Assembly (NCBI RefSeq): GCF_009914755.1
Contig: NC_060928.1
From: the human T2T-CHM13v2.0 reference genome, Homo sapiens
Strand: one strand, 5' to 3'
DNA length: 64,000 nt
The translations under genes were made by a program, and so were the position numbers. Below the pieces are notes generated by a model, which was given only the letters and a program-made list of their open reading frames with translations, had not been told where the DNA came from and did no database searches. This document shows, piece after piece, positions 41,303 to 54,236 of this stretch; within the stretch, counting starts at the first letter, position 1, and every line of letters starts with the position of its first letter.

Positions 41303-42155
41303 TGTGCAGAAAAAGAAAACATAATAATAGTAATAATAATAATAACAACAGCTCAAAGAGAGGTCTGGTCTTCGTTTTTAGTTACTTGGAAGTAACTTCT
41401 AAACACTTGGAATTTTGAGAGTGATTGGAATGTCTTTGTTATTCATGGTAATCCCCTCGTACCACATCTGATAATTAATGCCAATGAGATGACTCAGAAA
41501 GGAGCAAGCCATGCCAGAAAGACAAAACGTATGATTGTAGTTTTGTCTAGTTTTGGAGTTTGGGGCCAAGTGATATCAGCCTCACCTCCCAGGATTGGGG
41601 TGCTAGAGATCAAGCTCAACTGTGTGGATGCTGATTCCATTAATCCTGACTATGTAATGAAACCCCAATAAAATCACTAGCCCCTAGAGACTCTGATGAG
41701 CTTTCTGGGTTGCCAATACTCTGGTCATATTGTCACACATCTATCTATTTGTAGAGCTTAATGCACGCCTGATGCAAAGAGAGATTCAAGTTTTGGGATC
41801 CTCCCAGTTTCCATCCTACGCATTTTTTTCTTTAGATGGTTCTAATTTGTATCCTTTGCTATAATAAAACTGTAATTGTAAATACAGCACTTCCTGAGTT
41901 CTATGACTTGTTTTAGTGAACTGTTAAACCTGAGGGTGGTTGTGGGAATCCCCAAATGTGTAGCCAGCTGGTCTGAAGTGAGGGTGGCTCTGGAAACTCC
42001 CAAACTGTCAGTTAGTGTCTGAACTGAAGGTGATATTGTGGGGACAGTTCTCTTAAACCTCACAGTTGGACAGTCTCATTGAGTTGGCGTCTTAGACAAA
42101 TTTGACAGTTGGAGAACTGTGCCTTTAACCTTGAGTTATGCTAACTCTGGATAGA
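41303..42155 (+). mobile_element. ERVL-class LTR (MER21C-like)
   Basis: gtctttgttattcatgg...aatgagatgactca...aaccccaataaaa...ttcctgagttctatg...aacctgagggtggttgtgggaatcccc...gtctgaagtgagggtgg. Confidence 0.7.
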
Positions 42156-43557
42156 AAATGAAGTCTTAGATTTTTTAGTAGTTTGCTCCAAATCTTCTAA
42201 TATCTGGAGAATTTGAGATCTGAATTTGAGACCCTGCAGGGTGATCTGATTCCAGGATCCATCCAAGAACTTTAAGCTGTTTTAGAAAACTGCAGAATAA
42301 AAAGATAGTTTGGATTCCCCCTGAAGACCTTGAGACAAAGATATAAGTGAAAATAGTGGTTTTGGGAGGTGCAATAAATAACAGTTGGAGGATGGAGAAT
42401 TGAGCCAGAAAGAAAAGGCAGCCAGTGTTATGTGTTATCCAGACAACTATCATTGCAGGTGATTGGAGCTTACTCCATCTGGGGAACTGTGAGTAAGGGT
42501 AAAACACGTGCCATCTGGGTGTGAGAGAGCTGTGACATTGACATTCCAATGTAGTCTGTGGTTGAGGACAAAGATTCAGGGAAAAGGGTGAATTTTATTT
42601 CCCTGGCACTTCTAGATGACACAATGCACAGACAGAGTGCTTGCCAAACGTTTGGGAGAAAGCTGTTTAACAAGCATATGCAGTTATTAGCAGATGGAAA
42701 TCTAGGCTTTTGGGGATTGGGCACACTGAAATAGCAAGGCCTGAGGGATATGAGCATGCACAGACAGCTCTGACAGCAATAATAGCAAATACAATAGCAC
42801 TGTCTTGGAAAGTGAGGGGTTAGAATAACAAACTACACCAGACTGAAGCCTCTGCTGTCAAACCTGAAAGAGAGGTGAGGCGTATGGCTAGACAATGCAT
42901 TGGAATCTTCAGCCACATCAAACATTAGAAGTCCACAGGAATTAATAAGGTTATCTGCTGTTCAAGTATTTCTCCCTTCAAGGGTGAAGGGTTTGTTCCC
43001 TAAGCAGATAGGAGTGCAACCTAAAGATGCCCGCGAGGCATCAGTCTCCACATATGCTTCAGTTGAAGAACACTGTGTTGTCCTGGGTCTTAAGTACTTC
43101 AGGGACATTCTGCATTCCATGACTGATCTACACATGGATTCTTTGAAAATCCTTCTTAGTCCTAAAGCTCCATATAAGGTCAACTGTGGCTTTTGTTTGG
43201 TCTGCATTTCAGCTCAACTTCTCTGCCTAATCTGGCTTCTTTTTCCCCTCTTCTACAGGTGCCAATTTCAGGAACACTCCTCTAGTAAACATCCTGAACA
43301 ATTATCAGCTTCCCATAAAACCCAACTTGAAGCAATCAGAATACTTTAGCACTTCTTATAATGCTAAGTTGAGATGGTACCATTTCCTAAATATGAAGAA
43401 AAAGTAAACATGATTCCTGTAAATGTCTTACAATTTTCTGATTCTGAAATATTATGTAAGATGTTATTCTTATATAAACTCAGTAGCTCCTTATGAAAGT
43501 TAATTAGCCAAGATCCCATAGGTCAAAACACATGACTAGTGTTTAGTCAGTCAATAG

Positions 43558-44182
43558 TGTTGGGGCTCAGAAAATGATACCTTAAGGTATGTTGCTTTGG
43601 CATTCTGAGTGCTTTGAATTAAAGGAAATTGGAAGGTCTTAGAAGCTGCCTCACAATCAAGGTCTCTCTGACTTTCCCTTGTTTCTCCTCCACAAGTGTG
43701 GGAGGGGCTTTCTCTGAAGTTCTATTATCTGACGCAGGGAAGTTCTTCCAAAAGGAATGCAATTGTCTGGAACCCCTCCCTAAGAATCTCATCCAAAACC
43801 CAGGGAATATTAATCACAGAGAGGAGATTAAAAGTCATCCCTGCACCCGGACTGGCTATCACTTATTCCCCGGGAGGCTGCCCTCAAACAAGTTTTATCA
43901 CCTGAGAGTCTTTATTTGCATAGTAAGACAACCAGTGTTCCCCTGCAGTGCCTCCCCTCTTCCTCTCACAACTTGTTGCCACCTCCCTCCAAAGCTCAAG
44001 CCGCTATTCCTTTATGCTTAGAAACTTCAATCCTCTGGTCCTTTGAGTCTCGTATTCTTCTGTGAGGTTCCTGTGTGCATGCATGTAACTAACATGTTTT
44101 TTCTCCTGCTAATCTGTTTATTGCTATTTTATTTCAGCAGACCTCATTATTCCTTCAGAGGGAAAGTTTAAACTTCCCTACA
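43558..44182 (+). mobile_element. ERV1 solo LTR (MER39-like)
   Basis: TG...CA termini: tgttggggctcagaaaatgatacc ... aaacttccctaca; ttttctcctgctaatctg near 3' end. Confidence 0.7.
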
Positions 44183-44496
44183 CTAGAAGACAGAAAATCC
44201 TGTTTTGCAAATTAAAAACAATTTTAATTATGAAAATGATAAGCTTAAAGCCATTTTTAAGATATTTTTATAAACCTAATTTTATTTATGATATATACAT
44301 GTTTTATTCTAAATAAAAATGGATTAAATATTAATAAATGATCAGAGTGTTTCATAATTCAGGAGGCTTTGTTCAAAAGTCACATCATTATCTATGGCTA
44401 TGTGAATTTTACCACCTTTTAAATGCAGTTTTAAAGAAGATACTTAGCTTCTTTTTCTTTGGTCAATTTTATCCCTAGTAACAAATGGTTAATTCC

Positions 44497-44802
44497 TTTT
44501 TTTGTTGTTGTTTTTTTTTTTTGAGACAGGGTCTTCCTCTATTGCCCAGGCTGGAGTGCAGTGGCCTGATCTCGGCTCACTGCAACCTCCTTCTCCCGGA
44601 TTCAAGCGGTTCTCCTGCCTCAGCCTCCTGAGTAGCTGAGATTACAGGTGCCCACCACCAAGCCTGGCTAATTTTTGTGTTTTTAGTAGAGACGGTTTCG
44701 TCATGTTGGCCAGGTGGCTCTCAAACTCCTCACTTCAGGTGATCTGCCTGCCTGGGCCTGCCAAAATGCTGGAATTACAGGTGCAAGCCACTGCGCCTGG
44801 CC
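44497..44802 (-). mobile_element. Alu (AluSx-like)
   Basis: Full Alu body with T-rich tail. Confidence 0.9.
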
Positions 44803-44959
44803 GACAATTAAAAATTTTAATCACCAAATAATCATGAACTAAGTTCTTCATTAATTCAGCTCTTATTATAGAAAGATATAAAACAAATTTTCAGAGCTTG
44901 TGTTGAGCACCAGAATTCCCAAGTCAGAGGCTGTCAGCTAGGAGCAAGATGCTTCCTAG

Positions 44960-45698
44960 TGTAACCGTTCAATGGGTTCACCTTGCCCGCTGCCTTGACA
45001 GAGCCGATTTATCAAGACAGGGGAAATGCAATGGAGAGAGAGTAATTCACACAGAACCAGCTGTGCGGGAGACCGGAGGAGTTTTATTAGTACTCAAATT
45101 AGTCTCCCTGAGCATTCAGGGATCAGAGTTTTTCAAGATAATTTGGGGAGAAGAAGCTCGGGAAGTGGGGTGGGGAGTGCTGATTGGTGGATTGAAGATG
45201 GAATCACAGTGGGGTCAAAGTGAAGTTTTCTTGCTGTCTTCTGTTCCGTGGGTGGGATTACAGAACTGGTTGAACCAGATTACCAGTCTGGGTAGCATCA
45301 GCTGATCCATCGAGTCCAGGATATGCAAAATATCTCAAGCACTGATTTCAGGTTTTACAACAGTGATGTTATCCCCAGGAATAATTTTTGGGAGGTTCAG
45401 ACTCTTGCAGCCAAAGGCTGCATGACCCCTAAACCATAATTTCTAATCTTGTAGTTAATTTGTTATTCCTGCAAAGGCAGACTGGTCCCCAGGCAAGAAG
45501 GTGGTCTTTTTGGGAAAGAGCTATTATCAGTTTTGTTTCAGAGTCAAATCGTAAACTAAATTCCTTTCCAAGGTTAGTTTAGCCTACACCCAAGAATGAA
45601 CAAGGATAGCTTAAGGTTAGAAGCAAGATGGAGTTGGTTAAGTCTGATCTCGTTCACTGTCACAATTTTCTGTTATAATTTTTGTGAAGGTGGTTTCA
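44960..45698 (-). mobile_element. ERV1 solo LTR (LTR8/LTR8A-like)
   Basis: Minus strand starts tgaaaccaccttcacaaaaattataac and ends gaacccattgaacggttaca; 4-bp TSD ctag/ccag. Confidence 0.85.
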
Positions 45699-46045
45699 CC
45701 AGGGGCTTTTTAGATAAATGGGCGTGTGCTTGTGTTGCTGCTTCAGTGATGGGGAACTCAAGTGGCACTTATGTAGCAATGGCCACAGGTATAAAATAGC
45801 CTGAATAACCTGAAATAATCTCATATAACACATCAACTTGTCTTAAATTTAAAAAGCAGACATACCATGAAAAGATGTAGAAAACAGTCCGTTTGTAAAT
45901 GGAAATGTAAACTAGACAAGATATATTGGGCAAGTCACTTGTTTTCTAATACTAAATAGTAACATCACTCTTCCTTTCAGAGTTCATAAAAGAATTTTGC
46001 AACCATTAAAGTTCTATACAAACTTTATTTATTAAAGAACATGTG

Positions 46046-46207
46046 GTTGGGCGTGGTGGCTCACACCTATAATCCCAGCACTTTGGGAGGCCAAGGCTGG
46101 TGGATCACGAGGTTGGGAGATGGAGACCATCCTGGTTAATATGGTGAAACCCCATCTCCAGCCTGGACAACAGAGTGAGACTCTATCTCAAAAAAAAAAA
46201 AAAAAAA
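46046..46207 (+). mobile_element. Alu with large internal deletion
   Basis: Left arm ...ggtgaaaccccatctc joined directly to cagcctggacaacagagtgagact(A)n. Confidence 0.85.
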
Positions 46208-46387
46208 GTGTTATTTGAAAAATATATCCAGGCTCACAAATTGAATCAGATAATGGTATTTGAACAAAATTCATGTGGTGATTTACTTAGTTTCATGAAG
46301 TCTTTAGAACCTAATTTCTGTACTCTTTAAATTTTGTAAGACTTAAGTGAAATATATTTAATTTTGTTATATAGCAAATAATATATG

Positions 46388-46545
46388 GATGGGAGAGGAG
46401 AAAGGAAGAAACCTGTCCGGTAGGCAGTTAGGGTGGGTCCTCAGTTAGATTCTTTCAAACAAAAGAACACCCTGTGGCACAGATAAGGGAAATTGCACAG
46501 GCATCTTCCCTAAGACATGCCCACAGCCACACAGATAAAAAAGTC
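46388..46545 (+). mobile_element. ERV1 LTR 5' fragment (MER50-like)
   Basis: gagaggagaaaggaagaaac...aggcagttagggtgggtcctc...ggcacagataaggga...agacatgcccacagcc. Confidence 0.6.
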
Positions 46546-46559
46546 GGCCAGGCGCTGAC

Positions 46560-47242
46560 TTTCATTTGATTTCATTTTTGACCCTATGATCATTCAGGAG
46601 CAGGTAATTTAGTTTCCATATATTTGCATGTTTTTGAAGGTTCCTTTCGGAGGTGATTTCCAGTTTTATTCCACTGTGGTCTGAGGAGTGCTTGAAATAA
46701 TTTCAATATTCTTAAGTTTATTGAAGCTCGTTTTGTGGCCTATCATATGGTCTATCTTGGAGAAAGTTCTATGTGCTGTTGAATAGAATGTGTATTCTGT
46801 GGTTGTTGGATAGAACATTCTGTATATAACTGTTAAGTCCATTTGTTCCAAGATATAGTTTAAATGCGTTGTTTCTTTTTTGACTTTCTGTCTTGATGAT
46901 GTGTCTAGTGCTGTCAGTGGAGTATGGAAGTTCCCCACTATTATTGTGTTGCTGTCTATCTCATTTCTTAGGTCTATTAGTAATTGTTTTATAAATTTGG
47001 GAGTTCTAGTGTTAGGTGCATTTATGCTTACCGTTGTGATATTTTCCTGTTGGAAAAGGCCTTTTATCATTATATAATGTCCCTTTTTGTCTTTTTTAAC
47101 TGCTGTTGCTTTAAAGTTTGTTTGGTCTGATATAAGAATAGCTACTCCTGTTCATTTTTGGTGTCCGTTTGTCTAAAATGTCTTTTTCCACCCCTTTACC
47201 TTAAGTCTGTGGGAGTCCTTCTGTGTTAGGTGAGTCTCTTGA
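46560..47242 (-). pseudogene. L1 ORF2p endonuclease-domain fragment (degraded)
   Basis: ORF 46666-47070 gives ...NAPNTRTPKFIKQLL...TIIVGNFHTPLTALD...EYTFYSTAHRTFSKIDHMIGHK, the APE-like L1 endonuclease; catalytic GDFN motif is mutated to GNFH. Confidence 0.92.
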
Positions 47243-47599
47243 TTACTGAGGAAGATTTTTATTTGCTCTCCTTTGCTTATAAAGTACTACAATTAAGTGA
47301 TACTATAGCTTTCTCCCTCTACACCCTGAACATCCCTCTTCCTGTGTTTTCTTCTGTGACTGCGTTTTTTCTGCTAGAGATAAGAATTCTTTTTATTATG
47401 TGGTAATGAGAAGGGGAGCTTAAAGCAACTGGGGCCCTTTCTGCTTAAAGTTCCAATTGAAAACAGATTTTCTTTCTTGTGTAGGACAAAAAATTTCCCA
47501 TACAACTCTGGAAATTATTGTTTGACTTTTTTTCCACCTAATGAAGAATACATTACAGAAAACGTGAAAGATTCAGGTTTCTGCCTTCAGGATTGCACC

Positions 47600-47601
<2 letters not shown>

Positions 47602-47634
<33 letters not shown>

Positions 47635-47680
47635 ACTTGTGTGTGTGCATGTGTGCCCTTGTGTGTGTATGCCTGTGTGC
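47602..47680. repeat. (TG)16 microsatellite with degenerate extension
   Basis: Read directly. Confidence 0.9.
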
Positions 47681-48896
47681 ATCCATAATAGAATAAAGAA
47701 CCTAATGGTGCGTCCCACTACGCCATGTATACTATAAATGTTTTAAGAATGTGTTTTCCAAAAAATCATATATTTCATGTTTGATTCATTTGCATAACCT
47801 AATAAAAAGTAGTATCATTCCATACATTTCTTCAATTTCACGGTTTTCTTGTGATTTTGTGTACTTGTGTTTTCCTCATTTTTGCTTGATTAGATTGGCT
47901 GGTGGTTTTTCTGTTTGGGTTTTCTTTCTTTTTTTTTTTTGTAGAATCGGAGTTAGATATATTCACCTATTTTCTGTTTTTGTTTTATTTTCAAACTCAT
48001 TCATTACTACTTTTAACTTATAAATCGTTCTCTTCTTCTTTCTTTTGGTTAATGTTGTTTTTCTTTCCTTACTGTTTTATGGGGTTATTTTCCCTAAGAG
48101 CATCTTGCTTAGATTGGTTAGTTTATAGGGTCCAGACTCTTCCAAACTTTGTGAGTTTCCCTTGCACATCCCATAAGTGAAGACTAGTTGCAGATTTGGC
48201 TGTAGTTTTCAGATTAGCCAATTGAACTTTCCACGCTAAGTGGACACCCCTAAATTTGAGGATTGCTACCTATTTGTGATTTTTTCCCCCATAGGTCCTA
48301 GAACTCTTTGATGTGTATTGGCTGTTCCCCTACGTTTTTTCACATGGTTACTGATAACCAGTGGATCATTTTGTTTCCGGTGGCTTGACCGCATGCACAT
48401 GTGTTTTGGAAGTCTTGGGAGATACGTTGTCATTTGTCTTTCCTACATGTATTTTTTCTGTGGGCTTTTTTCCTCCTCTCTTTTGCTGTATTTGTTTTTG
48501 TGGGAGAGTTAGGGACCTTCCAAAACCATGAAGCTGTCACCTTCTTCCTTCCTTTGCCTAATTTTTAAATGATCACAGGCTGCTCCAGCAACGATGCGTG
48601 TCAAGAATGTATGGGGAGACTGGAAGAACAGACATGAAGCTACTGCTATGGTGAGGTAAGAAATGATGGTGCCTTGGATACTTTGAAAGTGTGGACTGAG
48701 AAAGTCTCTCTTAAGGACTAAGTTTTTAGCTGGAACCAGAAGGATGAGGACACATAAGAGCCAGAAAAAGAGCCTTCCAGATAGTTGCAGGCACAAATGG
48801 TAGTGAGCTGGAGTCTGAGCAATAGACACTTGGTTCAGAGAGAGAACAGAGAAGAAAATGAGTCAGATCATGTCAACAGGATCCTAAGTCCTCTGG

Positions 48897-49081
48897 CAGC
48901 CGTCTCTAACCCTTTGAATGTGAGGACATTTTTGCTTATCTCTGGTGGCAGATATCACAAAAATTATGGATGGACCCTTTTTTGTTTTGTTTTTAGCTCA
49001 TCAGCTGTCAGTGTTAGTGTTTGTAGACCAAGACAATTCTTTGAATGTGGCCCAGGTAAGCCAAAAGTTTGGACACCCCAG
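48897..49081 (+). mobile_element. hAT MITE (MER30/MER107-like)
   Basis: gctcatcagctgtcagtgttagtg...caagacaattctt...tgtggcccaggtaagccaaaagtttggacacccc. Confidence 0.7.
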
Positions 49082-50665
49082 CAAGGTGATTGAAATGCAC
49101 TCTGATGTCATTTCAGATCACAGCCTGTGGATCTATACAAGGAGACAATTGTAAAAGGAAGCACAATGAAAGAAGGGCCGAAACAGAGATAAAATGAACT
49201 CACTGTTCTACAAGATTGAAAAGAACAACCTAATTTGACTTTGACATTGGCATATATCTTTATAGCATTTATGCCTTGAAGGATGAGTAGGATATCAGTA
49301 GGTAATGAGTAAGGACATAAGAGCTTTCGACACTTTATATTCTGAGAATAGTTTTCAGGAAACGTTTACTATTGTATAGTGTATCAAAATATATTTAATA
49401 AACACTCTCTAAATAAGCAAGTAACCTCACCCCCAAAAAAGTAAATTTAAGGCATGTTAAGTTAGAACGTACCCAATTCTACATCTACTTATGGATGATA
49501 TATGACCGCCTCAGGAAGACTCTCATACCAGCTGTCATATTTATGTTTTATTTTGGAAATTTATTTCTACAAACAGCATAGGGGAAATTGACCAAGTTTT
49601 CAAAGGAGCAGGTGTATCATCCTTGCTTTTTTGGCCCTATTACATGGTGGTAAGCATAATTAATTGGTAAAGATATTAACCAATTTTTATTGGCATATAG
49701 TATAATAATGATGGTTAATAAAAATGTTATCTATAGCTAACACGTATTAAATGCTTTACTTGTATCATCTCACACTTCGCTTTAACTCTCTGAAGTAGGT
49801 AATATTATGATCTTCAATTTATAGATGAGTCAACTGAGGCTCAGTGAGGTTCAGGCTACATCAAGGACATTCATCTGTGAAACTGCTAATCTCTGCCAGC
49901 AGCCAAGTCTTTATTTACTATTTCAACTAACAAAGCCACTTTTTTTTAACTGAATGTTAAGAGGTCTCTGACTTTGAATTCTGTAGACTGCCAGTGTTTT
50001 ATAAATTAATCCGATATTTCACAACCTAGTTGACCTTTCTTGGAATATGCTTTGTTTTCTGGACATGTCAAATAGGGTTAAAATTGCCTTAAATAAATAA
50101 AGCATATTAACACAAACAGAATTGTTTTTTAATGGCTAATTTAAGCTCTTTTGTAATGTGCTTTTTATTTTAGTACAGCTTATTTTGTTATGCAAATAAG
50201 ATTCAGCTCTGTTGTGTATTTGTTTTAAAGCTAGTTGCATGCCTTTTTAACAGAAGCCTTTGTATGATGTTGTTGTTTCATTACTTTCAGATTAGTTGAT
50301 CAACAACCTGCAACACAACATTCAATTTCGTTCCCTGTGAAAATGTTCAGGCTAATAGGTTTCATACGTTGTTGTTTAATTTATCTGCCTATTAGAAGAA
50401 GTCATTAAGTAGAAGAAACCAGCTTTTAGAAAGAATGCATTTTTCATTTACTGGTACAGGCATTTTCTTTAAAAAGGCATCATTAATCACATAGTGAAAC
50501 CACTAATTAAAAATGCTTTACTTTGATTTGCTTTATTTTCCTGAACTGCATTAAATACCAGTTGGTCATGTGCATGGCATGCAAAGATCAAAGGCCTCTG
50601 TGCTCCCATTTCTCATTACAAAATTAATAATGGCTCTGCTTTGCACCTCTTTTGTCATGTGTGCA

Positions 50666-50695
50666 TGTGTGTGTGTGTGTGAGAGAGAGAGAGAG
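50666..50695. repeat. Compound (TG)n(AG)n microsatellite
   Basis: Read directly. Confidence 0.85.
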
Positions 50696-53596
50696 GGATT
50701 CTACTCAAGTACATGTGTGAGATAGATATATTTTTCACTAATAGAGAAGCTACCTTTCAGACTATGTAAGTAATGTCAAATACAGAAGCCAACTATCTAA
50801 ATGTAGTGAATGTATCAAAATGTAAGTATTTTCCTTATACTTGCAGAAGTTTTATTTTTATTTCTGTTGATTTCTTTATGTTGGCTTAAATGTAAAATAT
50901 TTGCTTTTAAACATTGCATTAGGCATGAGTTGTGCTTTGAAGAGAACTAACGTGTTCCAGTTCTTTTATAATAAATTATTGGGGCACCTCTAGAAGACAA
51001 GAAGCAAGGTGTTTTGGAGGGAAAAGCACTAGAATGGAAGCCAAGGGACTTCTGTTTTGTTTCTAACCTGCCACAAACTTGCTCTGCAATGCAGACTACT
51101 GAAACTCTTTGAGCCTCACCTTTCACAATTGCAAAATGACCAAGCTGGAGCTCATGATTTTATGTTTTCTTCTATATCTAATGTTTTATAATATTAAATT
51201 ATGATTTTGTTTTAAGGTAAAGAAACAAGATTTCCAAGATATAGGCATATAAAATATATTTTCTTTCCTCATATATTCTACTATTTTACAAAGTTTTATA
51301 TTATTTGATTTAAAGTTTCTGAACCACTGAGTTAAAGCCTCATATTGAATGAAGAAAATAACAACTGAAGATAAATGCCTTGATATCACCCTTCACCCCA
51401 CTAAAAATATAGAAAGGTATGGAATATTTGTGTTACATAAGCTAAATCTAAATATAAAGCATTACTGTTTGCCCAGTATTGCACTGCATGCCAGGGGTAC
51501 TGAAACTTTGAAATTTGCTAACATGGCACATATACCTTGAAGTAGAATCTTGTATTTGTTTCCTAATTTCCATTTTCTGCACATCAAAAGTGAGAGCGGT
51601 GAAGAAATATAACTGGAGGTATAAATAGATCACCCACCTCACTCTAATTTATTTGAAATGTTTCCTATTTTCAGTACAGTGGCTATGTTGATAGCTAAGT
51701 TAGCATTGGTAGGTGTGCTGATAAAAGAAACCATGGCAACAAGTGAGGCAGGGAAAGAGGAAGATTCTATACAGCAGCACACCAGAATTATTTACCTATT
51801 GCTTTTTCTTTGGCTTCTTTCCATCCTGAAAATTTCAAACGTAGCGTAACAAGCATGGGTTTTAGAGTCAAGGCTGGTTAGTTCTGGTGGGAAAACATGG
51901 ACAACTTATTAGACCTTAGTGAATCTAATTTTCATCATTTATGGAATGGGGCTAGCAGTGTCTACTTCACAGGGTTGACTGATGGTTAAATGAAATGCCA
52001 TTGTTCATACATCAGCATTCATTGAGAACCTATCATTTCCCAGGCATGGGAATAGAGTGGGGAGTAAGAATGGCAAGGCCCCTTTCCCAGTGGATCTTAT
52101 ATTCCGGTGAAAGACAGACATTATGCAAGTAATAAATAATGTATGACATAGTTCCTTGAAGTGGTAATTGCCAAACATACACTGTGTTTACTACAAACTA
52201 TTAGGTCACTTACTTTCATGTAGTATAACTTTTTATCTAATGCACATTATACAATATAATTATACACATTACACAATATAATTACTCAATAATTGATTAG
52301 ACTTTGCTTGGACAACAATTGAGAACTTACCTTCCAAGAAACTCCGCTACTTCATTGGGAAGGTTTTGAACTTTATGTTGAGCCAACTTCATGACCATTC
52401 AACAGTTTTCACTGCACCTGAGAGACATTCAGATATTTGAAGTCTGAAAGCTCCAGTCCCTGATTTAACCCTTCCCTAGGCCAGCACCCTACTTTCTTTG
52501 ACCATGTCCTATGCAGAATATTTTGTTTTGTAGCCTGTCACTGATCTTTTAATGTTCTTTACTTTCTCCATTTTATTCTTAAAATTGAAACTCCGTAGAG
52601 CTTATGGTCATATGCTGAATAAAGTGCATTACAAAGAACTTGGGTTTTGAAAAAAGTCTTCATTTTAGAAATAAGACATTTTATTCAATTAATGTATTAA
52701 TTGAATAGAATTAATTTCTATAAGTAATTTATGCATGATTTATAGACAACCGCACATGATATATGTGGGAGTTGGACATAAACTTTCAGTTTGCCTTAAT
52801 TAAGCAAAGATAATAATACATTGTTAGCCAGAGTTCTTGAAAGATGTGCTTTGCTCTGGTTTGGTCTAGATTGCCCTTTGTTGATTTTTACGTTATAGTG
52901 ACCTGGCTCAGAGGGTTACTTCCTCTCCTCATGTCTGTATTTTGTACCCCTCACTTCAGAATTATTTTTATCCATTTGTGTGGACCTGAGACTTGTAGTG
53001 AGTCTTTGGGGTCTCATAATTATATATCTTTGTTTCTGTGTTCTATTCTTTCTTAGCTGCCAACTTATATTGTGCCTAATTAGTGTCCTCTACCAGGAAG
53101 GAGAAGAGGAATGGTTTGCATGCTTTTGCTGGCAAGAGTGTTTCCCAATTGTTGTCCAAGCTTGCAATGTCACCCACTGAACAGAGTTATTGATATAGCG
53201 GCACATTCAATGTAGCAGTAGTAAAAATGCCTTTCAGTGATAACAATTCTAGAGAAGTTTGTGTGGACTAGAGAGACATTTAGAAAAGTACTATTTGGCC
53301 TTAAAATGCTTCCACTTAAAGAATATTTACTAATACTCAGTAATTAGAACAACTTTATCATTTGTTTGGCCCCACACAAAAATACATCAGAAGCTCAACT
53401 AGCATGTATAATTCCATGGTAACAATTCCATGCACCTGTTCATTTGAAAGTTGAATGACTAGTATTTAATGATAATACTCTACATGTTCTTAATTTAAAA
53501 TTATATGAAACATACCTAACTCCTTGGGATTTCATGTAGAAAATAGAAGAATTTCTAAATTGAAAATTAAAGTTTATTATAAACACCTCTTTAGAG

Positions 53597-54236
53597 TTAA
53601 ACTTTCTATTTTGAGATGATTATAGATTCGCATGCAGTTGTAAGGAAATCATACAGAGAGATCCTATGTAGGCTTTAGTCAGTTTACCTCAATGATAACA
53701 CTTTGTAAAACTATAATATAATAATCAGGAAACTGAAATTGATGCAGTCAAGATACAGAACATTTTTATCCCCACAATGATTTCTTCATTTACCTTTTGT
53801 GGTTGCACCCATTTCCCTCCAGCTCACTCCTTCCCTAAACTTAACCCCTGGAAATCACCAATCTGTTCCTTATTTCTACAATTTTGTTATTTCATAAATA
53901 TTATATAAATATAATCTTGTAGTATGTAACCTTTTGGGAATGGCTTTATTCAGTCTGCATATTTCTCTGAAGATTCATCCTTATCATTGTGTATCAATAA
54001 TTCTTTCATTTTTATTGCTGAGTAGTGTCCTATGGTATCGATATACTACAGGTTTTTTTTTTTTTCTTTTTAACAATTCACCTGTTGAAGGACATTTGTG
54101 TCATTTCCAGTTTGGGGCTATTATGAGTAAAACTGCTATGAACATTTGTGTACAGGTTTTTGTGTAACTGTAAGCCTTCATTCTCTGGGATAAATACCTA
54201 ACAGTACAATTGCTGAGTTGCATGGTGGTTCCATGT
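53597..54236 (-). mobile_element. Old L1 3' end (L1MC/L1MB-like)
   Basis: tatagattcgcatgcagttgtaagg...aacccctggaaatcaccaatctgttc...ttccagtttggggctattatgagtaaaactgctatgaacatttgtgtacagg. Confidence 0.8.

Noticed and set aside
42900-43349. 149-aa ORF
   Set aside because: TTG start, no recognisable homology, and it lies among decayed LTR sequence.
43629-45305. 118-130-aa ORFs
   Set aside because: They fall within solo LTRs and show no gag, pol or env similarity.
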